Shown one piece after another: positions 26,841-40,834 of a stretch of DNA of 64,000 nt. The notes under the pieces are model-generated. The model was given only the letters and a program-made list of their open reading frames with translations. It ran no database searches and was not told the origin of the DNA. Position 1 is the first letter of the stretch, and the number at the start of each line of letters is the position of its first letter. Origin of the DNA: Hypanus sabinus (lineage: Eukaryota); the NCBI RefSeq assembly GCF_030144855.1, contig NC_082722.1, forward strand, positions 26,970,001 through 27,034,000. Direction: 5' to 3'. The translations under genes and the position numbers were made by a program.

Positions 26841-29800
26841 TGTTACGTATTCAGACAACAATAAATATGTGAGTTAGGCAAGGGTTTATATAATAAATAA
26901 CACGTTTATTAAACACTGAAAACAAACCCCCCAAAAGTAAACAAACACTAACGTAACCGTAAATCAGTTGCTGTGCGGCAGCTGAAGCAGTTCTTTAAAG
27001 TAGTATTTTCAAAAGTTCGAAATGCTCACAGTCCATGTAAAAGGAGAGACTTTATAAGACGATTTAAGTTCTCTTTCACTTCGTTTTGCTTCGATCCCCG
27101 ACGTCGAACTTTTCCCTCGAAGACTTTCCGAAACGAAACGAAAGGGCTTAAAGGCACTGACCTTTCCTTTATCACACTGCCCTCAATCTTCTGCTATCCC
27201 GCAGAGATTAACAGGAGAACAGTCAAAGAATTCCTTCCGAATAAGGTTTAAACAAGGTCGAACCGGTTTCACCGTCGTAAATCGATTCTCCTCGATCTTT
27301 AAATCCCGAACTTCGATCTTCACCTCCACTGATCCTCAACTAGCAGTATTGTAAAGAAACTGCTGGCAATGACCTTTTAAACTTTAGGCATTAGATAAAA
27401 ACTTCATCCTTCAACTAAACTGCGTCATCACATTAAATCACGCAATGGCATGAAATCATCATGGCAAATCCAGCCACGATCTGCCCCCCCCCCCTCACAG
27501 GGTGGGGTCTTCCTTTTTTACCCTGTAAAAAAACCTTTCACATGATCTCAACTGGCGGGAAAATGACATCACCCTACCATCACAAGACCATTACCTCAAG
27601 TCCAGTACAGCTTCAACCACAGTCACGTGACAAGGGTACCACTGTCATGTGTTACGACTACGTAACACCTCCCTCCAAAAAAAAAACATTTTTGGTCTGA
27701 CAAGAAGAAAAATATTTTACACTTGCTTACAAGAAAAAGAAATGTATAAATTTTATAACATACATAATAAACAATATAGTATCATCATATAACATCTTAC
27801 AATACAGTAGGAGTATTACAATTAAAAAAATACTCCATAAAAAATACTTTATACATTCAGCATCAAGATAGACAAACAGTAAGCACATTATCTTTACCTT
27901 TAATATCAGTTATCACAATATTGTACACTTGTAACATCAAACTTCAATTTAATAAACTTCTGTTTTTGTTTTTCATCTTACTCAGAAAAACTAACGGATT
28001 ATGATCAGTGTAAACAATAAGTGGTTTTTGAGTTGTACCAACAAATACCTCAAAATACTCCAAAGCTGAAACAGGAGATAACAATTCCTTCTCTATTGTC
28101 GAATAGTTTCTTTGATGCTTATTAAATTTCTTAGAAAAGTAAGCTACTGGATGATCAACCTAATCACCCTCATTCCTTTGCATTAATACTGCTCCCGCAG
28201 CCTCATCACTAGCATCTACAGCTAATGAAAAAGGTTTGTCAAAGTCAGGTGCCTTAAGCACAGTTTATTGACATATCATTATTTTCAATTTTTCAAATTC
28301 TTCTTGACAAGGCACTGTCCACACAGACTTCACATTCTTCTGCAGAAGGTTAGTTAATGGAAGGGCAACATTAACAAAACTCTTACAATTTTTTTAATCA
28401 TATCCTGCCATTCCCAAGAATCTTCTGACAGTTTCTTTCCCCGTTGGAGTGGGAATCTCTAAAATTGCCCGAACTTTTGCCTGAACAGGAGCTACCTTAG
28501 CTTGACCGACAACATAACCAAGGTACGTCACAGTGGCATGTCCAAATTCACACTTAGATTAATCAATAGTTAAGTTAGCTTTTGAAATCCTTTCAAACAA
28601 TTTCTCCACCGCAATAATGTTGCTTCCCAAGTATCATTTCCTGTCACTAAATCATCAAGATAAGCATCAGTATCTTTCAATCCCTGAATCACAGAGTTAC
28701 TCATCCTCTGGAAATTACCTGGGGTATTCTTCATCCCAAATGGAAGAACATTATACTCATATAACCCAGATGGATTTACAAATGCAGAAATCTCTCTACC
28801 TCTCTCCGTTAGTGGAACACACCAATACCCTTTCTATAAATCAATCTTTGTAAGGAACTTTGCTTTTCCAACTTTATCTACACAATCATTTACTCTAGGA
28901 ATTGAATATGCATCTGTTTTCGTTACAGCATTCACCTTCCTATAGTCCGTACAAAACCTAATACTACCATCTGGCTTTGTCACCATAACACATGGTGAAC
29001 TCCAATTCGAGTTAGAATGTCTAATAATATTATTCTCTAACATATATTCAATTTCTTTCTCAGCAAGTTCACATTTTTCTGTGTTCATCCTATATGGATG
29101 TTGATTAATAGTTTTGGCATCTCCAACATCTACATCATGTGAAGCTATAGTAGTCCTCGGAACATCCGGAAACAACTCCTTATATTAAAAAAAATAATTC
29201 CTTCATCTGTTGTTTCTGCTCTAGCTGTAAATGTGCTAATTTCTCATCAACATTTTCCAGAATGGTTGAATTTGTTAACCTAACAGAAACACCGTTGGAT
29301 TTAGATTGAAAGTCAGATGAATCATCTATCATTTTCCTAGTTAAATCAAACGCATTCTCACTAACCACCACAGTCACAGTATCAGAATGTTTCTCAAAAT
29401 ATAGTTCTATCATATTTATATGGTAAAGTTGTGTTGACCTTCTACGATCCGGAGTTTTTATCACGTAATCCACCTCATTGATTTTAGACACAATTTCATA
29501 AGGACCATGAAATCTAGCTTATAAAGGATTTGTCTGCACTGGGAAAAGAACCAACACCTTATCTCCAGGCTTAAACATCCTCATCCTAGCTTCTTTATCA
29601 TACCAAGTTTTCATTTTCTCCTGATCCAAATTTAAATTTTCCTTGGCTAAGCTACAAGCTTTATGGAACCTGTCTTTAAATTTCAACACATAGTCAAAAC
29701 AAATTAGTGTGTACTTCCTTACTAATCCACTGTTCTTTCAATAAAGCTAAAGGTCCTCTAACTCTATGCCCAAACACAAGTTCAAATGGACTAAAAGCTA

Positions 29801-32800
29801 AAGATGCCTGTACCTATTCCCTTACTGCAAATAAAAGTAAATTTATAACCTCATCGCAGTCACTTTCATTTTCCACACAATACGTCCTAATCATATTCTT
29901 GAAGGTAGAATGAAACCTCTCCAAGGCACCTTGCGACTCTGGATGGTATGCAGACGAAGTGATTTGCTTAGCTCCCAATTTATAAACTATCTGTTGAAAC
30001 AATCCAGACATAAACTTACTGCCTTTATCAGTTTGTATTTCCTTAGGTAATCCATAATAATTAAAGAATTTTATAAGAGCCTTTGTCACAGTTTTAGCTT
30101 TTATATTCCTAAGTGGCACTGCCTCTGGAAACCTAGACGAAGTACACGTGATAGTCAACAAATACTGATAACCAGTTTTTGTCAATGGTAATGGACCAAC
30201 ACAATCTACAATAACTTTAGAAAACGGTTCACCAAATGCTGGATTAGGTTGTAATGGAGCTACTGTTGTAACCTGATTTGGTTTACCCACAATTTGACAA
30301 GTAAGGCACGTTTTACAAAACATCGCCACATCTTTTCTTAAACCAGTCCAGTAAAAATATTTTAAAATCTTGTCCAGTTTTCCTTATCCCTTGATGTCCA
30401 CACACTATGAGCTAACGTCAAAATATCATTCCGATAAACTTTAGGGACAACTACCTGGGAAACAACATTCCAATCCTCACTTGCAGGAATTGTAGGCGAT
30501 CTCCACTTACTCATCAACACTCCTTTTTCCAAGTAAAATCCTACTGGCACCTTCTCAATTTCACTACCTAGTAACGCTTGCTCTCTTAATTTTATAATCT
30601 CAGAGTCTCTATTCTGCTCTGCTATCATCTCCTTCCGAGACAGAGATAAATCTTCATAGTCAGACTTCCTCCAAGAATCATGTTCAAACAACGAAGGTAA
30701 GAAAGTCTCTGACGCATCCTCAAATCTCGAATCCTGAGTTGAACAGTCCTGAGTAACAACTCCATTCTGCGCATCAATCTTTTAGCCATAGCTCTCGTCA
30801 CAACACAGAAAGAATCTGTATTAGAATTCAACTCTGGTTCCTCTGACTCCATTGTCAAATGCACTTCAGGAAAAATTTGTCCACCTGCCAAGTCAATACC
30901 TAACAATAATGAAATACCCTTCACAGCTAAGCTATGCTGTAATCCTACTACAACAAATCATGTAACTAACCCTGACTTTAAATTTACTTTATGTAAATGT
31001 GCAGTCATAAAATCACTCCAAACACCTCTTATGTAATTTAACTCACCAGTATCAGACTCTTCATTAAACTTCAACACACTGTCTAATATCAGTGATAGAG
31101 AAGCTCCAGTATCCCTAAGGATTTTTATTGGCACCAGAGTAAATCCTTCTTTCAAGGATACAAACCCTTCAGTTATAAAATGATCATATCCCTTTCTAAA
31201 TTGGTCAGACTCTAACAAAGCTTCATTTGTGTATATCAAATCCTGTAACTTTACACGTGCTTCAGTATGTTGCACAGAAGCATCTGGAACTGCTTCATTC
31301 TCTTTCTTTTTCAATCTGAAACAGTTAGATATTACATGGTCAGGCTTCTTACAATAGTTACAAATAAGACTAAACTGTCTTTCCTTCACAGGTTTTCCTT
31401 CCTCATTACCTTTCTCTTTAACTTCCAATTTAATTTCTGATTTACCTTGAGTCTCCATGTTATTTTTCCTCTTAAGATTCCCGCCCTGAGGTTATTTATT
31501 CTTATGGATTAAAACATACTCATCAGCTAATCTAGCACAGTCCTGTAATTTATCACTATCCCTCTCATTTAAGTAGGTCCTTACTTCAACAGGAATGCTT
31601 CTTTTAAATCCCTCCATTAAAATCAGCTCTCTTAATGTATCATAGTCCCCATTTACATTTTAGAAGAAACCCATCTCTCAAAACACACAGCTTTATCATA
31701 GGCAAATTCCACATAAGTTTTTTTTCCACAGACTTTTTCAAACTTCTGAATCTTTCCCTATAAGCCTCTGGGATTAATTCATATGCTTTTAGAATATGTA
31801 TTTTCACAATATCAAAATCAAGTGCTTGCGCAGCAGTTAAAGCTGTGTAAACTTGTTGTGCTTTACCTTTAATTACACTCTGTAACAACACTGACCATTT
31901 ATCTCTCGGCCACTCTGACATCCGAGCAATAGTTTCACAATGTTGAAAATATCTTTCCACTTCTGTTTCACTAAATGGAGGGACCAATTTAATGTCTTGA
32001 CTAGCAACAAACGGTTTTCTAGAAACAGAAGACTGATTCCCAAACCTCAATTCCTCCATTGCATAATTAAATTTTCTCTTCTTTTGATCAGTCTCTAACT
32101 TACAACGCTCCAATTCTGCTTTACTTTGTTCCAACCTCATTTGTTCGATTTGCAACTGCATCTCCAGATTACTTATTGGAAACGACCCTAAAATCGATTA
32201 ATCAAAAACACCCGAATGCACATAGTGTGACGCGAATTTTCGCTGTATAACAGCCTTAGATGTAGTCGGCAAAATACCTTTAAGTTGCAGTTTGCTAGCT
32301 ATCTCAGACACCTGTTTTTTTTCACCTTCGCTAACAACTCCGCATCTGGCGAAACCAGAAACTCATCAATATTCATTGTTGCCGAATACCACTCACATCA
32401 GTCAAACGAAAGAATCGAGTATTCCCCTTTTCCAAAACAGCGATTCAAAAGTTAGCAAGCATTTAAAATCAAACGATCCAATCTGTACGCAGCCCCCATA
32501 TTTCTGTTACATTTTCAAACAACAATAAATGTATGAGTTAGGCAAGGGTTTATATAATATATAACACGTTTATTAAACACTGAAAACAAACCCCCCAAAA
32601 GTAAGCAAACACTAACGTAACCGGAAATCAGCTGCTGTGCGGCAGCTTAAACAGTTCTTAAAGCGATGCAGCTCAAACAGTTCTGAAAGCGATGTTGCAA
32701 AAACAGTTCTTTAAAGTAGTATTGCCAAAAGTTCGAAATGCTTACAGTCCATGTAAAAGGAGAGACTTTATAAGACGATTTAAATTCTCTTTCACGTCGT

Positions 32801-33392
32801 TTTGCTTCGATCCCCGACGTCGAACTTTTCCCACGAAGACTTTATGAAACGAAATAAAACGGCTTAAAGGCACTGACCTTTCCTTTATCACACTGTCCTC
32901 AATCTTCTGCTATCCCGCAGAGATTAACATGAGAACAGTCAACAAATTCCTTCCGAATAAGTTTTAAACAAGGTCGTACCCGTTTCACCGTCGTAAATTG
33001 ATTCTCCTCGATCTGTAACTCCCGAACTCCGATCTTCCCTCTCCACTGATCCTCAACTAGCAGTATTGTAAAGAAACAGCTGGCAATGACCTTTTAAACT
33101 TTAGGCGTTAGATAAGAACTTTATCCTTCAACTAAACTGCGTCATCACATTAAATCACATTAAATCACACAGGGGCATGAAGTCAACAGGGAAAATACAG
33201 CCACGAACTGCCACCCCTCACAAGGTGGGGTCTTCCTTTTCTACCCTGTAAAAAAAAACCTGTCACATGATCTCTACTGGCGGGAAAATGATATCACTCC
33301 ACCATCACAAGACCATTACCTCAAGTCCAGTATAGCTTCAACCGCAGTCACGTGACAAGGGTACCACTGTCAAGTGTCACGAGTATGTAACA
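26841..33392 (-). mobile_element. Full-length (inactivated) Gmr1-type Gypsy LTR retrotransposon
   Basis: LTRs 26841-27667 and 32505-33392 (TGTTAC...GTAACA), perfect 4-bp TSD GTAC, PPT GGAGGGAGG (27668-27676) and a tRNA-Pro-like PBS TGGGGGCT (32491-32498). Confidence 0.95.
27950..32300 (-). pseudogene. gag-pol with domain order gag(SCAN-like, CCHC)-PR-IN-RT-RNaseH, with frameshifts and stops
   Basis: AYELIPEAYRERFRS; CNYCKKPDHVISNC; LRDTGAS; rve VIVDCVGPLP...IQTDKG...GALERFH; GPY; RT HPYR..RFCTDYRKVN..TKIDL and YLDD at about 28660; RNase H at 28000-28300. Confidence 0.93.
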
Positions 33393-36300
33393 GTACTCAA
33401 AGAGGGTTTCCGGTTCGGTGTTCCATGTTCCTGTCTCTTCCTCGACACAGGGCTCTGCGTTCATGCTCTCCCTCAACCAAGGCTTTGTGTTCTCGTCTTG
33501 TCCATGTGCCTCGCCCAGCCCAGGAGTACCTTGCCCTGCACGGTGCAGGTATTCCTTCGTTCTGTGCTAGGGTTCCCGTTTCCTCTGCAGGAGACTCAAG
33601 CCCAGTCCTGTGCCCTTCCTCGTCCTGTAGCCACGCTTTGTCATCGCCCTGCTCTGTAGTCCGAGCAGAAGTCAAGATACTGGTTTTGGGTCCTTGTCTA
33701 GTCTTTAGCTCGTTCTCCAAGCCAAGGTTCCTATTTCCCAGTTCCATGCCCTGGTTCCGCAATCCTTGTCAATTCCTAACCAGGCCTGGGTCCCTTATCT
33801 CATCCGGGTCCTTTGTCATGTCCAGCGACTTTCCTTCTTCACCTCACTTGCTTCCTTCTCATGCCTAGTCCTGTTCCAGGTAGTTCAGTGTCTGTGTCTT
33901 GCATTCGGATCCACTCCCAACGCCTTTCTTATGACAGAACACTCTAACCAGATTTGGACCCAGCGACACAGACACTTTCGTTTATCTCTCGCGCTCCACT
34001 CTTTTGTGGAATGCCTCCTCGCTCGTCCGTGTCTTCCACAGTCTGGGGAAGCCTTTTGCTTCGTCAGGAGGCTCCCATGGAGTCGAGGTACTGGCATGAT
34101 CCGGTCTATGAAATCCGGCATTCCGGTTCATTCTCCGATCCTGTTATTTATTCCAGGAGATCCGGGTTTCCCCAGATTCAGTTGAGGCAGCTTATTCTTG
34201 TTTGGGTTTGCCTCCTAAATAGCTTCAGGATTCAGCCTCTGGCTGATGGATTGCTCCTGTCCAGAACACTTGTCTGTATCACTTCTTTTCATCTTCCTGC
34301 CTGGAGCCTTGCCTTGCCTCGCCTTGCTACGCACTGCCTCAGCCTGGAGCCTCACCATGCCTCTCCTTATCTCTGCCTGGGGCCTTGCCTTGCCTCACCT
34401 TGCTACGCACTGCCTCAGCCTGGAGCCTCACCATGCCTCTCCTTATCTCTGCCTGGGGCCTTGCCTTGCCTCACCTTGCTACGCACTGCCTCAGCCTGGA
34501 GCCTCACCATGCCTCTCCTTATCTCTGCCTGGGGCCTTGCCTTGCCTCACCTTGCCTCTGCCTGGCGGCTGTCCTTGCCTCATCCTGGAGACTCGCCTTG
34601 CCTGTGCCTGGATCCTCGCCCTCTTTCGAAATTTCTGTCTGTGTCCACGCCTTCGCGAGGTAGGTCCGGCCGTTTTGCCGCTATTTCGCGTTGGGAACTG
34701 CCTCTCCGTGTCAACGCCTTCGCGAGGTAGGTAACGCCTAGCGTTAGGAATTTTCTCGTCGTGCTGAGCTTTCTGTTTAATGGGTCCCGCTCCTACCAAG
34801 AAGGGGTCCCGGCTCGGTGATCCATGTTCCTATCTCTTCCTCGACCTAGGGGTTTGCGTACCTGCTCATCCCTTATGCAAAGCTCTGAGTTCTGCATTAC
34901 CGTTCTTCCTGTACAAAGGCTGTGTGTTCTCGTCTTGTCCATGGACCTCGCCCAGCCCAGAATTACCTTGCCCAGCCCAGTGCTGGGATTCCCTCGTTCA
35001 GTGCTGTCCTGTCCTGTCCTGTCCAGGTTCCTCAAGCCCAGTCATGTGCCTGTTCTCGTCCTGTAGCCACGACTTGTCCTAGTCTTGTTCTGGAGTCCGA
35101 GCCCGAGTCAACACCTGGGTTCTGGGTATTTATCCAGTCTGTGGCTCGGAGTCCAAGCCCAGGCTCCTAGTTCCCATTTCCATGTCCTGGTTCCGCTACT
35201 CTTGTCATGTCCTAGCCCAGGCCTGTGTCCTTGTCTCGTCCTGCGCCTTTGTCCTGTCCAGCGTCATTTCTTCCTGTCTTCCCTTGCTTCTTTCTCATGC
35301 CTAGTCCTTTCCGTGGTAGTTCAGTGTCTTCATCTTGCGTTTGTTTCCATTCCCAGCGCTCCCCGTATGCAGTCTTGCAACAGACGGGAAAGCTTCAGCA
35401 TGTAGATATAAAAAAAGAGAATGAGTTCACGCTTTTAGAATGTATAAAGTTGGATAGATCGACGGGACCAGGTGAGATATTCCCCAGGCCACTATGGGAT
35501 GCGAGGGTGGAGATTGTTGAACCTCTGGCGATAATCTTTGAAGCATCATTGTGGATGGGAGAGTTTCCAGATGATTTGTGGGTTGTGGATGTTATTTGCT
35601 CAACAAAGGGTGTAGAGATAGCCAAGGAAATTATAGACCAGTGCTTCTTACTTCGGTGGTTGGTAGGAAGTTAGAGAAGATTCCGAGAAGCAGGATTTAC
35701 GAACATTTGGAGAGTTATAATATTATTAGAATAGTCATCATGACATTGTCGGGAGCAGGTCGTGTCTTACGAGCCTGATTGATTTTTTTTTTGAGGATGT
35801 GACCAAACCCATTGATAAAGGAAGAGTATTAGACTTAGTGTATATGGATTTCAGCAAGACATTTGATAAGGTACCCGTAACAAGGCTTATTGAGAAAGTA
35901 AGGAGGCATGGGATCCAAGGCGACATTGTTTTGTGCATCCGGAACTGACATGCCCACATCAGGCTGTAGTGGTTGTAGACGGGTCATATTCTGTATGGAG
36001 GTCGTTGAACTATGGAATGCCTCAGGTATCTGTTCTGGGACCCTTTCTCTTCGTGACTTTTATAAGTGACCAGGATGAGGAAGTGAAGGGATGGGTTAGC
36101 AATTTTGCTAATGACACAAAGGACGGAGGTTTTGTGGATTGTGTGGATGGCTGTCAGAGGTTACAGCGGGACATTGATAGGATGCAAAACTGGGCTGTGA
36201 AGTTTTCAACCCAGATAATGAGAAGTGGTTCATTTTGGTAGTACAAATATGATGGTAAGACACTTAGTAGTGTGGAGGATCAGAAGGATCTTGGGGGTCC

Positions 36301-36887
36301 AAGTCCACAGCTACTCAAAGCAGCTGCGTATATTGACGCTATGGTTAAGAAGACATATGGTGTATTGGGCTTCATTAAATTGAATTTAGCATCCGAGAGT
36401 GATGATACAGCTATATAGGACCCTGGGCAGACCCCACTTGGAGGACTGTGTTGAGTTCTCGTCGCCTCACGACAGGAAGGATGTGGAAGCCATAGAAAAG
36501 GTGCAGAGGAGATTAACAAGCATCTTGTCTAGACTGAGGAGAGTCCCTTATGAAAACAGGTTAGGTGAACTCGGCCCTTTCTCGTTGGAGGATGAGAGGT
36601 GACCTGATAAAGGTGCATAAGAAGATGAGATGCATTGATTGTGTGGATAGCCAGATGATTTTGTCCTAGGGCTGAAATGGTTGCCACAAGAGGACACAAG
36701 TTTAAGGTGCTGGGGAAAAGGTCCGGAAGTGATTTCAGGGGTAAGATTTACTCGCAGAGTGGTGATTGTGTGGAATGGTCTGTCGAAAGCTGTGGTGGAG
36801 GAGAGTAAGAAAGGGTTTTTTAAGGAACTTTTGGATAGGTACATGGAGCTTAGAAAATTAGAGAGCTATGGGTAAAACTAGTAATTT

Positions 36888-39800
36888 TTTTGTAATTTAT
36901 TTTTATTGAAGTTCATCATCAAACAAACGTTACCATAGGATGTATTTCAGACATTGGACATATTTATCATATAATCATATATATCACAAATTCTCCACAA
37001 AGTATTTATCAGATATATACTCTTAAGAAAAGAGTGGAAAGGAAAAAAAAAAAACAAGCAAAAGGAAAGAACTATGTACAAGTAGGGAGTGATTTTTTTT
37101 ATAACTGTTTCACTGATTTGTGAGAATAAAATCAGATCTATGAGGCATTATATATTTAAACCAATTTTCCTAGTATGAATCAAATTTTTCCTGCTTATGG
37201 TCAACAGATGCTGTTAGCTTCTCCATTTTGTAAATGCCTATCGTAATTTCCATTCATGTATTGAAAGTTGGGCTCTTCTGTGATAACCATTTCCTAGTGC
37301 GAGTCTTTTACCAGCCACCAACAGTAAATTCATTAAATATGTATCTCTTTTCAACCATTATTGAGGTATATATCCAAAATATATGGTCATACTCTCTAAG
37401 GGTATTTCACATTTAAAGATGTCTTGTCGGGCATTGTGTATCCCCCTCCAATAGTTTTTGATTACAGGGCAGTCCCAAATAATATGATATTGATTTGCAT
37501 TTTGATTATAACAATTTATCCAGCAAACAGGGAGGTTACTATCATAATGGGATTTCTGAGAGGGGGTAATAAAATATCTTATCAAGTTTTCCATCCAAAC
37601 TCCCTCTATTTCTGTGAACTGGTGCATTTCCATTGATATCTCCATATTGTTTTCCATTTTTCCTCAGATAGAAATACCCCTCCTTCCTTCTCCCATTTTA
37701 TTTTAATATATGAGGTCGAAAGTGTTTTAAAATTTGACAACCCCTTATACATGCTTGAAATGTTTCTACTACCATTATCTGAATTATATGCTTTCTAAAG
37801 AGCTCTATCAAGTATGACTTTGCCTTGGTTACATTTGTAAGCGTCTTATTAACATATTATCTTATCTGTAAGTACCGATAAAATTCTAATTTTTCTAATA
37901 AGTGTTTCCCTTTAAGCATTTCAAAACTGAACAGTGTTCCTTCTTTCATTATGTTGCAAAAAACAGTTATTCCTTTCTATGTCCAGTCCTTAAATTTAGC
38001 ATCCAATTTAGTTTGTGTAAAATCCGAGTCATATGCACACCATTTAAGAATTGCAGTATCTCCCTGCAGATTGTAATATTTTATAGTAGTTTTACACATT
38101 GTAAGAGTCAAAGATTGCATCAATTTAGGTAAAGAGTGTGTTGGTTGCCCTAGATAGATCAAAATGCCATCCTCATAAAAAGACAATTTATGCTCTGTCC
38201 CTTTAATAGTAATACTCCTGTTATCTTCATTTTGTCTGCTGCATTGAGCTAATGGATCAGTTTCCACGCCAGTATTTTCATAGATTCCGATCGACTTTCA
38301 TAATGTCTCTACTTCAGAAACATTAAGTATTTCCTGATTTCTTGCATAGCCAGATTACTTATTTAATTCCTAATTCTTTTAATTTCCCCTAATGTATCCT
38401 GTGCCAAATTCAATTTGTGTATTTTCTCTAGTTCCTTCAGCCTATTTTGTAATTCCTCTAATAATTTATTCCTTATTTTTTCGTATATGATATCGCTATA
38501 ATTTTCCCTCTTAAGTCCGCCTTCAGAGTATCCCATAAAATGGGAGGTGAAACCTCTCCATTATCATTAAATGCTAAGTGGAAACCAATATCATTTTTAA
38601 TTTGTTCCTTAAAGTACGAATCATTGAGTAGACTTGAATTTAGTTTCCAAACAGTATTCTTGGTTGTATGTCAACATCGACAGATAAATATGCAGGTGCA
38701 TGGTCACTTACATCTATTGTCCCAATTCCACAGGTGTTTATTTTGTCTTTGTCTTTTCCAAATGTTATCATATAGTTTATTCTTGTATATACAGAATTTG
38801 GAGCAGAACGATGAGTGTAATCCCTTCTGTCAGGGAAATCGTCCCTCCTTATATCAATTAAACAAACATCTTCAAAAAGTGCATTAACTTTCTTATGCAA
38901 AGATTTTGCTTCATAAGTGCTCCTATTGGAAGAGTCTAAGTTTGATTGTAATTGAAAATTTAAGTCCCCCCCACATATCAGGAGACCTTGTGTTTACGTT
39001 GACATAATATCAGTAATTTTCTGAAAGAAATCAATATCAGTTCCCGGTGGTGCGCATATATTCAATAGAGTAACTGAATTGCCGTCTATATTCCCCCATA
39101 TCAAAATATATCTGCCCTCTTTACCTCCCATTTCGAATACTATTTCAAAATTTAGCTTACTTGAGATAAGAATATCAACTCCTCTCCTATGTCCTGATTT
39201 ATCGGAAGAGAAAAACAGATTAGGGAAGCCCATTCTCTTTAGTTTTGTTATGCTCATTATCACTTAAATGAGTTTCCTGTAAAGATACTAGAGTGCCTTG
39301 TTTTTTTTTTCATCTTGGATAAAATTCTCTTAAGTTTGATTGGAGTTAATAGCCCATTGACATTAAAATAAATTAATTTTACCTTGCCCTTAGCCATCTG
39401 TACTTATCTGTCAATGTATCAGAGAAATTAGTATAAAACTTAATCAATCTACTCCCTGAAAAAATAACAACCAGGAAACGCAAATAATAACAAAAATGGC
39501 AACGAACGTGTGATTCCAACGCTGAGGTCTCCAGTAGATGAGCCTGCGTTGAGTTAGAGGAAATATCTAGCTGTGGGGACTAACCCCTCCTGCGTGTGAG
39601 TTGAGGGCTCCCATTGCAGTATTCATAAATGTCAGTGAAGAAATCCATTACACAGAAAAGATTTCCATGTGTACTCCTGTACTCCTCCTATATATATATA
39701 TATATATATAGATAGATAGATAGATATTCTCATTTTGGTGGGGAAAAAAGGAGTAAGTGAGCGAATGAAGAATAACAACTACGGAATATAAAATCCACAT

Positions 39801-40560
39801 TATAAAAAGTATTTCTCGAGATAGGTATATTACCGTGCACTTTTGCTTCCTTCTAGCTTCTCATTATAGTTAAAGTTAGCCAAACTTTATGGTTCTTTGG
39901 GGTGAGGACTTTCTTTGGAAACCCCCGGTCTCTTCCTGATATATTTCTCTCGGCTTCCTCCGAACTGCTGCCTTCTCCATTCTCCCACTATTTCCCAAGC
40001 GTAGCGTGATAATTCCTCAGCCAGGCATATCCCTCGTTTTGGTCATGCTGACAGGCAACTCTCAGCCTTCATGCCTGAAGTCGCCTCTTCCACTGTCTGG
40101 TACAACTGCGTCCCGTTGGCATAAAACACTCGAAGTTTAGCAGGATAAGAAGTTTGAAATCTAATGTTATTTTTTTAGTACTTGCTTTATTTCAGCGTAT
40201 TCTTTGTGTTTCGTTTCTGGAAGACTGCGGGGGGCGGGGCGGGTAATCTTGGTCGAAATATATTAATTTATCCTCTAAAAGCACTCTCTTCTTTCCCCAG
40301 CTCCTTCGTAAAATCTCCGCCTTGGTGCTGTACCGAAGTAGTTTAATTATTATTGAGGGTGGCTTTCTATCCCGGGTAGGTTTCGGAACGAGTACTTGGT
40401 GGACTCTTTCCACTTCCAGCTCCATAGCCGGGGAGTGGGGGGGGGGGGGAGATCCAGCTGGGACCGCAGTAGCTTTCCTACAAACTCCGTCGTAGACGAG
40501 CACTCCGCTCCTTTGGGAACGTTGTAGATTTTGATATTTTTCCGCCGCGATCTTCACTGC
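36888..40560 (-). mobile_element. L1-clade LINE, internally deleted
   Basis: ORF1-like VERVHQ..KPPSIIIKLLRY..IYFDQDYP; endonuclease RRGVDILI..GRYILIWG..GGDLN; C-terminal HIIWDCP; A-rich tail with AATAAA at about 36890-36910. Most of the RT core is not evident. Confidence 0.85.
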
Positions 40561-40589
40561 AGGTCAAGGAGTTTACGTTCTTGGTAATG

Positions 40590-40830
40590 TAATATTTAGA
40601 ATTGAATTGAAATGTATTTTATATTTAAATACATGCTCATCTCAGTCTACAGTGCAATGCACAAACTAGAGCAACTTATAATAAATATTATGTGGAACAG
40701 GATAGTCAATGTAACATAGAAATACAGTTGTGTCAGCATAAGTTAAGTAGTTTGATGACCTGGTGGATGAAGCTGAACTGGAGCCTATTGGTCCTGGCTT
40801 TTATGCTGCGGTACCGTTTCCCAGATGTTA
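40590..40830 (-). mobile_element. Rex1-type LINE 3' end
   Basis: The minus strand reads LLTSGKRYRSIKARTNRL. Confidence 0.7.
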
Positions 40831-40834
40831 GCAG

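Larger units (their letters stand above)
25470..35371 (+). mobile_element. Non-autonomous TRIM-like LTR element: LTR1 (25470-26840 + 33393-33936), about 155-bp internal region, LTR2 (34092-35371)
   Basis: Two related LTRs start TG and end atgaca/atgca. The internal region has a mutated MDPA-type gag start and a purine-rich gagtcgaggtac before LTR2. Flanks gactt/gtctt (5-bp TSD, one mismatch). Confidence 0.7.
24600..36875 (+). mobile_element. CR1 LINE ORF2 split by a 9.9-kb nested LTR insertion (24600-25469 and 35372-36875)
   Basis: Endonuclease (TQYVDKPTR...LDLILGIEPGQV) lies left and RT (GPGEIFPR, NYRPVxLTSVVG, SVLGPFLF, FANDTK) right. The sequence reads through across the insertion. Confidence 0.88.
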
